Part shown: in pieces, positions 27,743-38,516 of the stretch
Position numbering within the stretch: position 1 is the first letter of the stretch
How the letters are laid out: every line of letters begins with the position of its first letter
Source: Vulcanisaeta sp.
Lineage (GTDB): Archaea > Thermoproteota > Thermoprotei > Thermoproteales > Thermocladiaceae
Direction: 5' to 3'
Length of the DNA stretch: 64,000 bases
Assembly: GCA_023256215.1 (NCBI GenBank)
Contig: JAGDXB010000121.1
Span: 896-64,895, forward strand
Made by a program: the position numbers and the translations under genes
Notes under the pieces: generated by a model
The model's input: only the letters and a program-made list of their open reading frames with translations
Databases searched by the model: none
What the model was told of the DNA's origin: nothing

Positions 27743-30490
27743 CTAGACATTACCTAAGGCTGCCTTTACTATGTTGATGAAGTCATTAATGGAGGGCTTA
27801 CTCTGGGTGAATCCTTGACCATATGTCGCTGAGCCGCCTCCTTTCCCATTAACTCCATTATTTAGCTTAGTTATGATATCTTTAACATTCACACGTTTGG
27901 CGCTCTCACTACCTAGGTAAACCAGGTACTCTGTGCCATTGCTCACCCTATTTACAATAAGAAGCACAGTATTGGGCTTATTACTTAAGTACTCCTTGGC
28001 GAACTCCTGTATATAGTTCTTATCCTCATTCTCATACTCCATGTAAGTAAATCCAACACCATTGATAACTACCTCCCTGCCCAGAGCCTCATTAATATCA
28101 CTCCTAATAGCCTTCCTCATCAAAGCCTTAACCCTACTCTCCATCCTCCTAGTCTCGTTTATTAATTCCTTAACGCCATTAACGGCATCATCCTTACTGA
28201 CTCCTGTGAGCTCGGATATTTCATCTATCGAATCCTCAAGAGACTCAACATAGTTCAGTGCATGCCTACCTGTGGTGAATATGAACCTAACAACGCCCTC
28301 CTGTATCTTCTCAACCTTGACGATCTTGATCATGCCGATCTCACCGGTACTACTTACATGCATGCCGCCACAAGCCTCAACATCGTAAGGCTCATCATCG
28401 GGACCCACCTGCACAATCCTCAGTTTGGCGCCTGGCACCGCACCTCCCTGGTATATGTAAACGCCGAACCTAGACTCTGCATCAGTCCTGCCTAACCATC
28501 TAATGATAACTGGTTGATTCATAAGCACCATTTGGTTTGCAAGCTCCTCAATCTTCTTAATCTCATCCCTACTGGGCAATTTGTAATGCGTGACGTCAAG
28601 CCTACTGAACGGAATATTCTTTTCAGCACCGGCCTGCCAGACGTGCCTACCAAGAACCCTCCTAATGCTCTGGAGGAGTATGTGCGTGGCTGTGTGCATC
28701 TTCATGAGATCCAACCTACGGGTCTCATCTACAAAGCCCTCCACAACCTCACCCTCGGCAGGTGCTTCACCCTCAATCACATGCACAATGACAGGGCCGA
28801 CCCTCTGAACATCAATCACCTTTGCCTCGCCCCTACTATGCCTGATAATACCATGGTCGGCGACCTGACCACCACCCTCTGGATAAAATGCTGTTTGGTC
28901 TAGGACAACATACCTACCCCTAATGACCCTAAGCACCTTGGCATTAAAGTGAAAGAGCCTCATATTCTCGTAGAACAACTCCCTAGTCTGGGGCAGGTCC
29001 TGGACCTCCACAGGGTTAACATCCACCTTAGGCTTCTCCTCACCAACCTGCCTTTGATACTTGGCGGCCAACCTTGAGTAGAAGTCGTCAGGTACGACAA
29101 CACTCATATTAAGCTTGGTTGTTGCGACCTCACGTACGATCTCCGGAGGAAGCCCCTGAGAATCATAAAGCATTATTAAATCATCAGTAGTCAATTCCCT
29201 CTTACCAGTCCTCCTCTCCCTATCCCTGACAACCCTCTCAATGATACTTGGGGCCTGCCTAAGTAATTCCTTAAACTTCCTCTCCTCAAGATCAACGAGC
29301 TCAAGTATTGTCTGTTTCTCCTCATACACCTCAGGGTAATCATCCTTAAGGAACTCAAGCTCCATATTCATAACCTCGGTAAGAGGTATTTCGATACCGG
29401 CCACATACATACTCCTCAACATTCTCCTAAGTAATAACCTGCCCAAATAACCCACACCAGAATTACTCGGTATTGCGCCATCCGCCATCATCCAGGAAAG
29501 CGTCCTACCGTGATCGCTGAGTATATACAGGGTCTCCTGCGCCCTAAGTATGTTCCTAACATCATTAACATCGAGACCGACCTTACTCGATATGTATTCA
29601 TAAGCCTTTTCAATACTCGTAACCTCGGGATCCAACTGACCGAAGTATGTTGCCATGTGCATCAGCATTTCATCGCTTGGCTTGGGCAAACCAAGCTTAC
29701 TCCTCAGCTTCTCAATGAATGGCCCAAACACCGCATCATAGACGGTGGGCTTGCCAGTAAGTAGCCAGTATATTCTCTCGAGACCGTAACCCGTATCCAC
29801 GATTTTCGTGGGCATCTCCACGTATTTGCCATTCACGGTCCTATAGTGCATGAAAACCAGCGTAGCCACCTCTAAACCACCAACAAGAACCTCAAGACAT
29901 TCACCAGCATTTCCACCACCCTCCCATATGTTCTCCTTATAGGTAATCTCGTTATCCCTAAGCCCAAGCTCCTTAGTGAAGAATTCGTGGGCGTACTCTA
30001 CAGTCTCATCAATCCAGTAGATGTGCTTGTCAGGATAATTGAAGGCATGGTGAGCCATCATCTCAAAACCCGTCAGGTGCCTACCGCTACGACCAACCTT
30101 ATCAATATCCGTAAACCTAATACTCGGTTGAGATAGCGTTAATGGATTAGCTGGTGGTGGTACTATGCCCTCTGTGACCCAGGGCTGGAAGTCATATATT
30201 GAGGCACCAACGAGGTAAACGTCTGTTCTCCAACGGGCAACCACAGGATACCTCTTAATCCTGGTATGTCCATGCCTCTCAAAGAACTGTAAAAACCTCT
30301 CCCTAACATCCCTAATTGATTCAGGCCTAAACTTGCCTGGTGGGTTACCTATGAATAGATATGGCGTGCATGGCTGATCACCGCAGGATTCCTGCTCCTT
30401 ATTCAGTGTCCAGAAGTGATGCTTACAATATGGGCATTGTTTTCTATAAAATCCCATGCCATCAAACAACCTTGTTCTTAATTCCTCCAT
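27743..30490 (-). CDS. alaS: Alanine--tRNA ligase
   Basis: ASIYDFQP, VDTGYGLER, HTATH editing motif, CGGMH, GKGGG. Confidence 0.98.
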   Translation of the reverse strand: MEELRTRLFDGMGFYRKQCPYCKHHFWTLNKEQESCGDQPCTPYLFIGNPPGKFRPESIRDVRERFLQFFERHGHTRIKRYPVVARWRTDVYLVGASIYDFQPWVTEGIVPPPANPLTLSQPSIRFTDIDKVGRSGRHLTGFEMMAHHAFNYPDKHIYWIDETVEYAHEFFTKELGLRDNEITYKENIWEGGGNAGECLEVLVGGLEVATLVFMHYRTVNGKYVEMPTKIVDTGYGLERIYWLLTGKPTVYDAVFGPFIEKLRSKLGLPKPSDEMLMHMATYFGQLDPEVTSIEKAYEYISSKVGLDVNDVRNILRAQETLYILSDHGRTLSWMMADGAIPSNSGVGYLGRLLLRRMLRSMYVAGIEIPLTEVMNMELEFLKDDYPEVYEEKQTILELVDLEERKFKELLRQAPSIIERVVRDRERRTGKRELTTDDLIMLYDSQGLPPEIVREVATTKLNMSVVVPDDFYSRLAAKYQRQVGEEKPKVDVNPVEVQDLPQTRELFYENMRLFHFNAKVLRVIRGRYVVLDQTAFYPEGGGQVADHGIIRHSRGEAKVIDVQRVGPVIVHVIEGEAPAEGEVVEGFVDETRRLDLMKMHTATHILLQSIRRVLGRHVWQAGAEKNIPFSRLDVTHYKLPSRDEIKKIEELANQMVLMNQPVIIRWLGRTDAESRFGVYIYQGGAVPGAKLRIVQVGPDDEPYDVEACGGMHVSSTGEIGMIKIVKVEKIQEGVVRFIFTTGRHALNYVESLEDSIDEISELTGVSKDDAVNGVKELINETRRMESRVKALMRKAIRSDINEALGREVVINGVGFTYMEYENEDKNYIQEFAKEYLSNKPNTVLLIVNRVSNGTEYLVYLGSESAKRVNVKDIITKLNNGVNGKGGGSATYGQGFTQSKPSINDFINIVKAALGNV

Positions 30491-30552
30491 AATTTACGAA
30501 TAAAGAAATGATAGGATTTTTTATATTTTGTTCCTGACGTAAATTCAATTAA

Positions 30553-31464
30553 CTACTTACGCTTCGTCTCAAGGTCGAGGAAATACTTATACAGACCATC
30601 AACAGCCATACTAAATAAATGATAATGAGCCTTCATACTCCTTAACCTGTCGTAAACCCTCTTAAGATCTTGATCCCTCTCCACAAGAATGCCCTCAAGC
30701 TCCTTAACACCTAACCTCTCCCTAACCACCTCCTCAGTAGCCTTAGCCCAAACATCCAACTGCCTCAAATGCCTATTTAGCAAATCAACAGCATTGGGAA
30801 CAAGTAGGTGGTGTGTATAGGCTATATATGACGGGTTCTTCGCTATTAACTTCTTTATACTATCAACATACATGTCGAACCTAAGGGGCTCCATTGTGGT
30901 CGGTATTATATAATCAAGGTCCTTAACGTAAATCCCAGCTGCATCACCAACAATTAGTATTTTCCAAGGCTCCACGATGAATGATTGGTGATGACTAGCA
31001 TGGCCTGGCGTGTGTACGATCTCCACAGTAACATCACCTATAGTGATTCTATCACCATCCTTAGTCTCCCTCGCATTCCGGCTAGGTATTTCAAATGGCT
31101 TACCGTAGATTTCCCCTAACCAGCCCAAAGCCTCCCTTGCGGGAGCCCAAACTATGTCTGGGTTAGGCAGAACCTTTGAGCCTCTTGGATGTACGTAAAC
31201 CTCAATATTAGGATTAAGCTCTAACAATGCACCGGTACCGCCATAGTGATCAATATGCACGTGAGTTATGAATGCGTGCGTGACAGTGCCAGGTAATCCC
31301 CTCAGTGTATTCTTTAAATCGTTACCGGACACGGCAGCACCACCCTCAAAGACTATGATTCCCTTACCAGTATTTATCGCATAGACCGAAACTAAATTAC
31401 TAAAACCACCTGGTTCAAGGTCTATTTGATACACATTTCTTAAGGTCTCGACTACCCTTACCAC
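30553..31464 (-). CDS. MBL-fold metallohydrolase
   Basis: THVHIDHYGG, TPGHASHH, GDAAG. Confidence 0.9.
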   Translation of the reverse strand: MVRVVETLRNVYQIDLEPGGFSNLVSVYAINTGKGIIVFEGGAAVSGNDLKNTLRGLPGTVTHAFITHVHIDHYGGTGALLELNPNIEVYVHPRGSKVLPNPDIVWAPAREALGWLGEIYGKPFEIPSRNARETKDGDRITIGDVTVEIVHTPGHASHHQSFIVEPWKILIVGDAAGIYVKDLDYIIPTTMEPLRFDMYVDSIKKLIAKNPSYIAYTHHLLVPNAVDLLNRHLRQLDVWAKATEEVVRERLGVKELEGILVERDQDLKRVYDRLRSMKAHYHLFSMAVDGLYKYFLDLETKRK

Positions 31465-31524
31465 AATTAAGTCTCAAGGCAATAATTAATAAGTATTGCC
31501 TTAGACTAATAAGGTAGAATGACT

Positions 31525-32583
31525 CTATCCAAAGAGACTTGAGAAGCCAGCGGCGATCTCCTCCTCACTTGGACCCTCCTTCTTCTCCTCTTCCTCTTTC
31601 TTTTCCTCAGCCTTAGCCTCAGCCTTCGTGGTTCCTGTGGTTGTTGCGGCTTGCTGCTGCACTTGTTGGACAACCTGTAGATTAAGTTGTGGAGCTTTCG
31701 GTGCGATGACGGAGGCAAGCGCATTTGCCTCAAGTACAGCCCTACTTAGTATGTACTTAATGGTCTCTGGCGTCACATACTTGGCATTTACGGCTAGGTT
31801 CAAAGCCTCCATGTACGCCTTAGCTATGGTAACTCTGATAACCTCAGGTGTTGGATATGCAGCATTTATAGCTAAGTTGAATGCGTACCTCACAGCGTCC
31901 TCGAACATAGCCCTATAGGCTTTAGTATCTAGCCTTAGTTCATCGGCCACAACTACGTATTTCCCATCTAATATTGCGGCCTTTATCTTGAGTGTCTCAA
32001 AGATAGGCTTTACATTCAGTTTCTTTAGGATTTCAGCAGCATCCTCATTAATCTTATCACCCTTCTTAACAACAACTGTATCCTTTACAATCCATATCTT
32101 ACCATCCTGAACCTTTATTGGTATCTTCAACTTACCGAACTTGCTCATTATTGGGCCTGGGCTCATATTGGTATTACCAGCGGGTGCCACTAAATCGAAG
32201 GGGGCCACATCACCAGGTCTCGCCTCTCTTCTTACGCCATTATTCCAAATCCACCTTGCTAACTCGAATGGGTTCTCATTAGTAAATATCAGTAGGTTCT
32301 CGCCAGTGAATATTTTCTCAATATTCTCACTCACACTGCCCATTAATTGCCTTAGGGCTATCAGAACCAACGTATTCTTAGCCTTGATCACTCTGGCGCC
32401 CTTCCTCCTAAGCCAGAACCTATACTCCTGGATAACCCTATTTGATGTCTCATGAAGATCTATAACAAACAAGGTCCTATAGTTAGAAAATAGCTCCTTA
32501 AGTTCATTGATTATCCTAACCTTCTTCTCTGGATAGGGCTTCGTCCTAACGTATGTACGCTTAAACACAGGCTGTGAAGCCAT
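31525..32583 (-). CDS. rplP0: 50S ribosomal protein L10/P0 (uL10)
   Basis: KNTL, NPF, PAG.T.M.PGP, acidic tail EEEIAAGFSSLFG. Confidence 0.97.
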   Translation of the reverse strand: MASQPVFKRTYVRTKPYPEKKVRIINELKELFSNYRTLFVIDLHETSNRVIQEYRFWLRRKGARVIKAKNTLVLIALRQLMGSVSENIEKIFTGENLLIFTNENPFELARWIWNNGVRREARPGDVAPFDLVAPAGNTNMSPGPIMSKFGKLKIPIKVQDGKIWIVKDTVVVKKGDKINEDAAEILKKLNVKPIFETLKIKAAILDGKYVVVADELRLDTKAYRAMFEDAVRYAFNLAINAAYPTPEVIRVTIAKAYMEALNLAVNAKYVTPETIKYILSRAVLEANALASVIAPKAPQLNLQVVQQVQQQAATTTGTTKAEAKAEEKKEEEEKKEGPSEEEIAAGFSSLFG

Positions 32584-32656
32584 ACCTCAGCAAGAAACCG
32601 CTGGTCACATGCACTTAATTAATTTTTCTTCCAACGAAATACCGAACCAATAATTT

Positions 32657-33316
32657 TTACTTAGTCGATAATGGGGAGAAGGTCACGGGCGGCCCCATCG
32701 TTAATTTAACACTAACCTCACCCAACTGCTCAGGTCTGACCTTCTTAAGTATCTCGTCAAGCACTGCTGCTATATTTTCAGCAACTTGCTTTGGATCCAT
32801 GCTCTCAGTACCAACCTTACACATGACCTGAGGCTGGTCCTTAACCCTAACCCTAACGCTCCTCTTCAATCTATCAATCACGGCCTTAATATCGGCATTA
32901 GGCTGAACAACCTCAGGCATTTTATTTCTAGGACCGAGTATCTGGCCCATGACCCTACCAATAAGCACCATCAGGTCTGGGGTGGCCACGAAATAGTCGT
33001 ATGAATTGGCTAACTTCCTAATCTCCTTCTTATTACCGGCGAGCTTCTCAATATCCTCCCTAGTAAGTATGGCGTCGGCATTGGCCTCCTTAGCCGCGAG
33101 AACCATGGCACCAGTAGCTAGGACACAGACCTTGGGAGTCTTGCCCTGTAATGGGTGTGGTAGCGTTACGGTTATGTTAAACCTATTATTTTGGTTCTTA
33201 ACGTCAAAATCCTTAAACCTAACGATTAACTCGTAAGTCTGCACAAACCTCCTCCTCTTAGCCTTCGCCTTAGCCTCCTCCACAGCCCTAACTATTGCAT
33301 CGAGATTCAAGCTCAT
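32657..33316 (-). CDS. rpl1: 50S ribosomal protein L1
   Basis: RRFVQT.E, G.ILGPR.KMP, KLTMGPP. Confidence 0.97.
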   Translation of the reverse strand: MSLNLDAIVRAVEEAKAKAKRRRFVQTYELIVRFKDFDVKNQNNRFNITVTLPHPLQGKTPKVCVLATGAMVLAAKEANADAILTREDIEKLAGNKKEIRKLANSYDYFVATPDLMVLIGRVMGQILGPRNKMPEVVQPNADIKAVIDRLKRSVRVRVKDQPQVMCKVGTESMDPKQVAENIAAVLDEILKKVRPEQLGEVSVKLTMGPPVTFSPLSTK

Positions 33317-33449
33317 AACCAGGCATGGCTAGAGAAGCCCCTTAAAAACATTAATGCCAGGCAGGCCACGTACATAATCCTTATTTTATGATTAAGGGTT
33401 AAAACCCACGTAGTAAGGATACATCATTTAAATACGATAACGCTTTGAA

Positions 33450-33968
33450 TCAAAGCCTACCCTCTTGCCTTAGGGTCTCTTCGTACTTGCTTATAACGTT
33501 ATCGTAAGAGCCGGAATCCAGCTCCTTTAAAACCTGCTTTGGATCCTTACCATTAATTGTAACGCCAATACTCCTGCAGGCACTAATTACCTGCTTAAGG
33601 GCGTTCTTAAAGCTCCTACTCCTAAGCTCCTCCCACTTTATGTAGGCTATCTCGGCTAGCTTCTCGATACTTATATCGCCGATTAGCTCCTTAACGGCTT
33701 GGTGACTACCCGTATCCTTACCAACGGCCTTCATTATTAAGTCCGAAATTGGTGGATACTCAGGCTTAACGTTAAATTCCTTGGTATCCTCATCAACCTC
33801 AATCTCAACAAATACATTACTAATGCCATAATTAGCTAACACCTTAGTCCTCCTATTAATCTCCTCAGTGACTTTACCCACATCCACCCCATACTGACTT
33901 AATTGCTGAACCGCAGGTCCACCCGCCTTTCCAGGGGCAACGGCAATCTTAACTACCCTCTTTACCAT
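33450..33968 (-). CDS. rpl11: 50S ribosomal protein L11
   Basis: GKA.GP, PP.S.LI.K, C.SIGV.I.G..PK; position between spt5 and L1. Confidence 0.93.
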   Translation of the reverse strand: MVKRVVKIAVAPGKAGGPAVQQLSQYGVDVGKVTEEINRRTKVLANYGISNVFVEIEVDEDTKEFNVKPEYPPISDLIMKAVGKDTGSHQAVKELIGDISIEKLAEIAYIKWEELRSRSFKNALKQVISACRSIGVTINGKDPKQVLKELDSGSYDNVISKYEETLRQEGRL

Positions 33969-34143
33969 CGTAGAGCTTGACCAAGTGATTGGTATTTAAT
34001 GTTTTTGCCTACGAATATACGCCCTCAATCCCTCCTAATCCTAGCCCATGAATGGAGTACGAAGGATTTTTATGGGTAGTGAAATTAGGAATAAAAAGTA
34101 GATTAATCAAGGACGAATCACTATAATGGGCAATAAACTGTAC

Positions 34144-34611
34144 TCACTTACTCTCAATCTTCCTAACACCCTTAAGATTAACAATAATGGGCATCGTACT
34201 TGATGAATCAAGGAGCTCAAGGTATACCTGACCCCTCTGCTTATCTATATCCACAACCCTACCCTTATAGCCTCTAAATGGCTCTACGATTATCTCTACG
34301 ACATCGCCCACATTTATCTCCACAGGCTTAGCCAGACTGCTGAGTAATTCGTCCACACTCATGACCCCCCTGACCATACCCCTATAATGCTTTATTCCCG
34401 TGGCGAGGTCCTGTATCTCATAGGGCATAGATCCTTCAACAAATACAAACCCCTTAAGTGTGGGTAGCACTACTATGGCTGAGATCCTAACTTTATCCAG
34501 CCCCTTATGCTCAGCCCTAGCCTTAAGCATGAACGCCACGTTATACTCCTGGTTACCCACAGCCCTAAGTGCGTAGACCCTACAGCTCAATGCCTGGTCC
34601 TGACTGCTCAT
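34144..34611 (-). CDS. spt5: Transcription elongation factor Spt5 (NusG)
   Basis: GNQE.NVA, LKGFVFVE, KOW motif GDVVEII..PFRG. Confidence 0.95.
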   Translation of the reverse strand: MSSQDQALSCRVYALRAVGNQEYNVAFMLKARAEHKGLDKVRISAIVVLPTLKGFVFVEGSMPYEIQDLATGIKHYRGMVRGVMSVDELLSSLAKPVEINVGDVVEIIVEPFRGYKGRVVDIDKQRGQVYLELLDSSSTMPIIVNLKGVRKIESK

Positions 34612-34658
34612 TAGTTTCCATGTTTAGTCATGGGTTATTAAACCTTATTTATTTTGGA

Positions 34659-34964
34659 TTACCTACGACCTAATCCTCTTGTACTCAATATCACTAGTAT
34701 TAGCATTATTGCCATTATCACGACTATTGTGAGTATCACAATTAGGTTGAGTGGGTATGGCAGACTGAAGTTGGCACTACTTGCCAGGTATTCGCCGGCT
34801 ATGCTGAATAGGAATGAGTATATGCCAAGTATTGCAACTATTAGTGAGCCAAGCTTCAGTATGATCATGTAATTACTCCGGGTCGGTTTTTTAGCGACTC
34901 TGAATATCCATGCAAACATGCTTAGCCAATTCATTATCTTCTTACTCCAACTCTCGCTACTCAT
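34659..34964 (-). CDS. secE: Protein translocase SecE/Sec61-gamma with an extra C-terminal TM
   Basis: FRVAKKPTR..Y....K followed by TM; conserved ftsY-secE-spt5 order. Confidence 0.8.
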   Translation of the reverse strand: MSSESWSKKIMNWLSMFAWIFRVAKKPTRSNYMIILKLGSLIVAILGIYSFLFSIAGEYLASSANFSLPYPLNLIVILTIVVIMAIMLILVILSTRGLGRR

Positions 34965-35014
34965 TACGAGCCATTAAGGCAGTGCCAGTATTATAAAGCC
35001 TTTTCTTCAATAAA

Positions 35015-35932
35015 TTAGGTCAGTAATTGGTCGAAGAATTCCCTCTTATTGAATGGCTTTAGGTCGTCATATCCCTGACCAACACCTAGGAAGTAGATGG
35101 GCTTCTTAAGCTCGTATAGGAATGTCAGTATGGCACCGCCTTTCGGATATGCATCAACCTTAGTAATTATGAGGCCATCAATCTTAACATACTTACTATA
35201 GTACTTAGCAATATCCAAGGCCTCATTGCCCAGTAATGCATCGGCTATAAATATGGAGAGATCAGGTTTACTAACCCTCTGCACCTTACTTAGTTCGTTC
35301 ATTAAATTCACGTCAGTGTGCATTCTGCCTGCCGTATCGATCATCACATAATCAATGCCCTTGACTCTAGCGTGATTAATGGCGTCATAGGCCACCGCAG
35401 CAGGGTCCGAACCGTAACTATGCTTAATCACCTTGACACCAAGCTTATTAGCATGGCCCTCCAACTGTTCTATAGCACCGGCCCTATAGGTATCCGCAGC
35501 GGCCCACACGGCCGTGTAGCCCCTCTTCATTAATTGATGCGTTATCTTCGCTATTGTTGTGGTTTTACCATAACCATTAGGACCAAGGAATAGAAGAACC
35601 ACGGGCTTCTTTACCTGAAGCGCCTTAGTAACTTCGCTTATGAAATCCACATCAGGCACATCACTGAACATCCTATTTAACGCCTCAAGAATACTATTCC
35701 TAATAACACTCTCCTTATCACCAAACCTAGGCACCTTCACACCCTTCAAATTATTGATAATTGCATCGCATACAGCGTCAGCAACATCAACAGCAACATC
35801 GGCCTCAACCAACTGCATGAATAATTCCTCACGAACCTCACTAAGCTTATCCTCACTCAATTCTGTAGTCTTTATTGAACTAACTATGGAATTCGTAAAC
35901 GACTTAAGGGCATTCCTTAACTTATCAAACAT
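35015..35932 (-). CDS. ftsY: SRP receptor FtsY
   Basis: GPNGYGKTTT, DTYRAGA, DTAGR, TKVD, G.GQ.YDDL. Confidence 0.97.
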   Translation of the reverse strand: MFDKLRNALKSFTNSIVSSIKTTELSEDKLSEVREELFMQLVEADVAVDVADAVCDAIINNLKGVKVPRFGDKESVIRNSILEALNRMFSDVPDVDFISEVTKALQVKKPVVLLFLGPNGYGKTTTIAKITHQLMKRGYTAVWAAADTYRAGAIEQLEGHANKLGVKVIKHSYGSDPAAVAYDAINHARVKGIDYVMIDTAGRMHTDVNLMNELSKVQRVSKPDLSIFIADALLGNEALDIAKYYSKYVKIDGLIITKVDAYPKGGAILTFLYELKKPIYFLGVGQGYDDLKPFNKREFFDQLLT

Positions 35933-35945
35933 TCAAGGCACCTCA

Positions 35946-36401
35946 TCATCTAGTCTGCTGTTGCTGCCTAAGGGCAGCGCTTATGTATAGGAGGAAGTTA
36001 TCGATATCAGTGATCCTCTTGGCTATATCCGCTGATTGAGCCTCAAGTTTTGACCTAAGGTCCTCAAACTCCTTAATCCTCTCATCAATGTAATTGATAG
36101 CGTATGGTATGTCCATCTCAATAACATAGTTGGCGCCAACGCCTACGAGAACCTTCTCGCCCTGTGTCGGTGAAGCCTTAATAAAGACTCCACCACCAAC
36201 ACCAGCATATGTATCTTGAACACCACCCTTACTCAACAGAGTCAGCATGTCCTTGGCACTCCTCAACTCATTTATTGATTGCGTAACCAACGCCAAGTTC
36301 TGCCTAACAACATCAAGGAGTGCGGCCAGGGAATTCCTCTCCTCAACAAGTCTCTCAATATCCTCCCTCGTAATCACGATCCTTTGTGACTGCTGGGCCA
36401 T
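35946..36401 (-). CDS. pfdA: Prefoldin alpha subunit
   Basis: Coiled coils flanking VGGGVF and VLVGVGANY.IE hairpins; LX-pfdA-ftsY order. Confidence 0.92.
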   Translation of the reverse strand: MAQQSQRIVITREDIERLVEERNSLAALLDVVRQNLALVTQSINELRSAKDMLTLLSKGGVQDTYAGVGGGVFIKASPTQGEKVLVGVGANYVIEMDIPYAINYIDERIKEFEDLRSKLEAQSADIAKRITDIDNFLLYISAALRQQQQTR

Positions 36402-36409
36402 TACTCACA

Positions 36410-36676
36410 TCACCACTTGACAATTGATTCAAGAGATAGCATTTGAAGAAGCTCGGTACGCTTAACCTCATCCCTACCGACCTCCTTAACGCTCTCAATC
36501 CTGATAAAACTCCTCTTCAACTTATGCCTACTACCCAAATCACTATAGACCTTCTCAATAGCCTCGCTGGGCCTTGTGGCCAGTACGTCAATCGAGAATT
36601 TCTGCCACTGTCTCCCAATCCTCATATGCCCAGTGACCCTATATATCCGTGTCATAATCAAGAACTCCATCACCAC
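36410..36676 (-). CDS. rplX: 50S ribosomal protein LX (L18Ae/eL20)
   Basis: IYRVTG, WQKF, A.EKVYS.LGSRHKLKR..I.I. Confidence 0.93.
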   Translation of the reverse strand: MVMEFLIMTRIYRVTGHMRIGRQWQKFSIDVLATRPSEAIEKVYSDLGSRHKLKRSFIRIESVKEVGRDEVKRTELLQMLSLESIVKW

Positions 36677-36792
36677 ACCTATTTATAAGGTTTAGGGCGA
36701 TCATTGTGGCCTAATTACGTGCATTTGACCAGTATTTTTCCAATATGTTTTTAAAGATGCGTTGAAAAACAAGAGATTAGGTGATTGAGTAG

Positions 36793-37332
36793 ATGGTTCT
36801 CACGTGCGACGTCTGTGGTTCTGTAATAGATGGTGAACCTGTTATTGTCGAAATCGACGGTGCTGTATTGACACTATGCCAGAAATGTGCGCGTAAGTAT
36901 GTTGGAGTGAAGGGCGTTAAGGTCATTAGAGGTCCATCCCCAATCCAGGCAGCACAGCAACCTATGACTGTTGTCAAGTATGAATCGAGGAGGGGCACGA
37001 CGTATAGGGTTAATAAGCCTAGGGTTAATGTTGATAGGTACGAGGTTGTTGAGAACTACGCTGAGTTAATTAAGGAGGCTAGGGAGAGCCTTGGCATGAG
37101 TAGGGATGTTCTGGCTAAGGTAATTGGTGTTAAGGAGAGTGTTCTTAAGAGGATTGAAGATGGTCAGTTGATACCGGATATAGAATTGGCGAGAAAGCTT
37201 GAGAAGACTCTCGGTATAAGTTTATTGAGGGAGGTTGAGGAGACGCAGGTAAATGTGGGAAAGCCCGTAAATAGGTCGTTAACCTTGGGAGATGTCGTAG
37301 TGCTCAGGGATAGGAAAGAGAAGCAAAGTTAA
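36793..37332 (+). CDS. mbf1: Archaeal multiprotein bridging factor aMBF1
   Basis: CDVCG...C..C Zn ribbon, HTH (AREx.G.S...LA), LTLGD tail. Confidence 0.92.
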   Translation: MVLTCDVCGSVIDGEPVIVEIDGAVLTLCQKCARKYVGVKGVKVIRGPSPIQAAQQPMTVVKYESRRGTTYRVNKPRVNVDRYEVVENYAELIKEARESLGMSRDVLAKVIGVKESVLKRIEDGQLIPDIELARKLEKTLGISLLREVEETQVNVGKPVNRSLTLGDVVVLRDRKEKQS

Positions 37333-37387
37333 TTTCCAGGGTATGTTGTGAATAGCTTTAAATAATGAAAACACGTATACTAATGCA

Positions 37388-38488
37388 GTGAATAGTAGGG
37401 CCATACTGCTTATTGCTGACGATATTGAGGAAAATAAGATTAGGGAATTCGAATTATTGACCGAGGCTGGCGGCTACACTGTCCTTGATACAATAATCCA
37501 GAGGAGGAGGCCTGATTCTCGTTATTATCTCGGTCTTGGTAAGCTAAATGAAATAGAAAAAATGGTTAAGGACCTTAAGCCAGACGTAGTCATAACCTAC
37601 CATCAATTAAACCCAATACAATACGTAAACCTTGAGCGGAAATTGAGGACTAGGGTTATGGATAGGGTGTGGTTGATCCTGGAGATTTTCGAGAAAAGAG
37701 CTGGTTCTAAGGAGGCTAAGTTGCAGATAGAGTTAACGAGACTTAGGCTCGAGATACCTAGGGTCAGGGAGTTCATTAGGCTTGCTAAAATGGGTGAACA
37801 AATAGGCTTCTACGGTGGTGGTGAGTACGCGATTGAGGCTTACTATAGGCATATGATCAGGCGTGCGTCAAGTATAAGGAGAACGCTCGAGAGGATTAGA
37901 AGGAGGAGGGAATCCCTGGTAATGAGGAGGAAGGATTATGGACTACCACAGGTCGCGCTCACGGGTTACACATCCGCTGGAAAAACAACACTCTTTAATA
38001 GGCTTGCTAGGGAGGTTAAGTATGTTGATGGTAAGCCCTTCGCCACATTGGATACGTATTCAAGGCTTGTTTACTTCGACGGTATTAATGCGATTTTAAC
38101 GGACACCATTGGGTTCATTGATGACCTACCACCACTTCTCATTGAATCATTCTACGCAACGATTGCCGAGGTTCTTAATGCAGATCTCATACTCTTCATG
38201 ATGGATGTCAGCGATTATTACCAGGAATTCTATAGAAAATTCATGAGTTCGCTCCGTGTATTTACCGATCTAGGCATACCTAGGGATAAGGTCTTGCCAG
38301 TTCTTAACAAGATAGATCTTGTTGATGGTTCTAGTATCGATGATAAGTTAGCCCTTGTTAAGCAATGGTTTAGTGAATACGTCATGATATCGGCTAAATT
38401 GGGTGTTGGCATTGATGAATTGAGGAAGGCTGTTAGAGGGAGGCTTGAAGCCCTTAATAATAGGAAGAACGAGATCAGTAAGGAATAA
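37388..38488 (+). CDS. hflX: GTPase HflX
   Basis: EAKLQIEL, GYTSAGKTT, FATLD, DTIGFI..LP, NKID. Confidence 0.96.
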   Translation: MNSRAILLIADDIEENKIREFELLTEAGGYTVLDTIIQRRRPDSRYYLGLGKLNEIEKMVKDLKPDVVITYHQLNPIQYVNLERKLRTRVMDRVWLILEIFEKRAGSKEAKLQIELTRLRLEIPRVREFIRLAKMGEQIGFYGGGEYAIEAYYRHMIRRASSIRRTLERIRRRRESLVMRRKDYGLPQVALTGYTSAGKTTLFNRLAREVKYVDGKPFATLDTYSRLVYFDGINAILTDTIGFIDDLPPLLIESFYATIAEVLNADLILFMMDVSDYYQEFYRKFMSSLRVFTDLGIPRDKVLPVLNKIDLVDGSSIDDKLALVKQWFSEYVMISAKLGVGIDELRKAVRGRLEALNNRKNEISKE

Positions 38489-38516
38489 AATAACCTTTAT
38501 CCGCAACATAATACCA

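Noticed and set aside
31506-31733. Arg-rich 75-aa ORF
   Set aside because: Alternate-frame reading of the Glu/Lys-rich P0 tail
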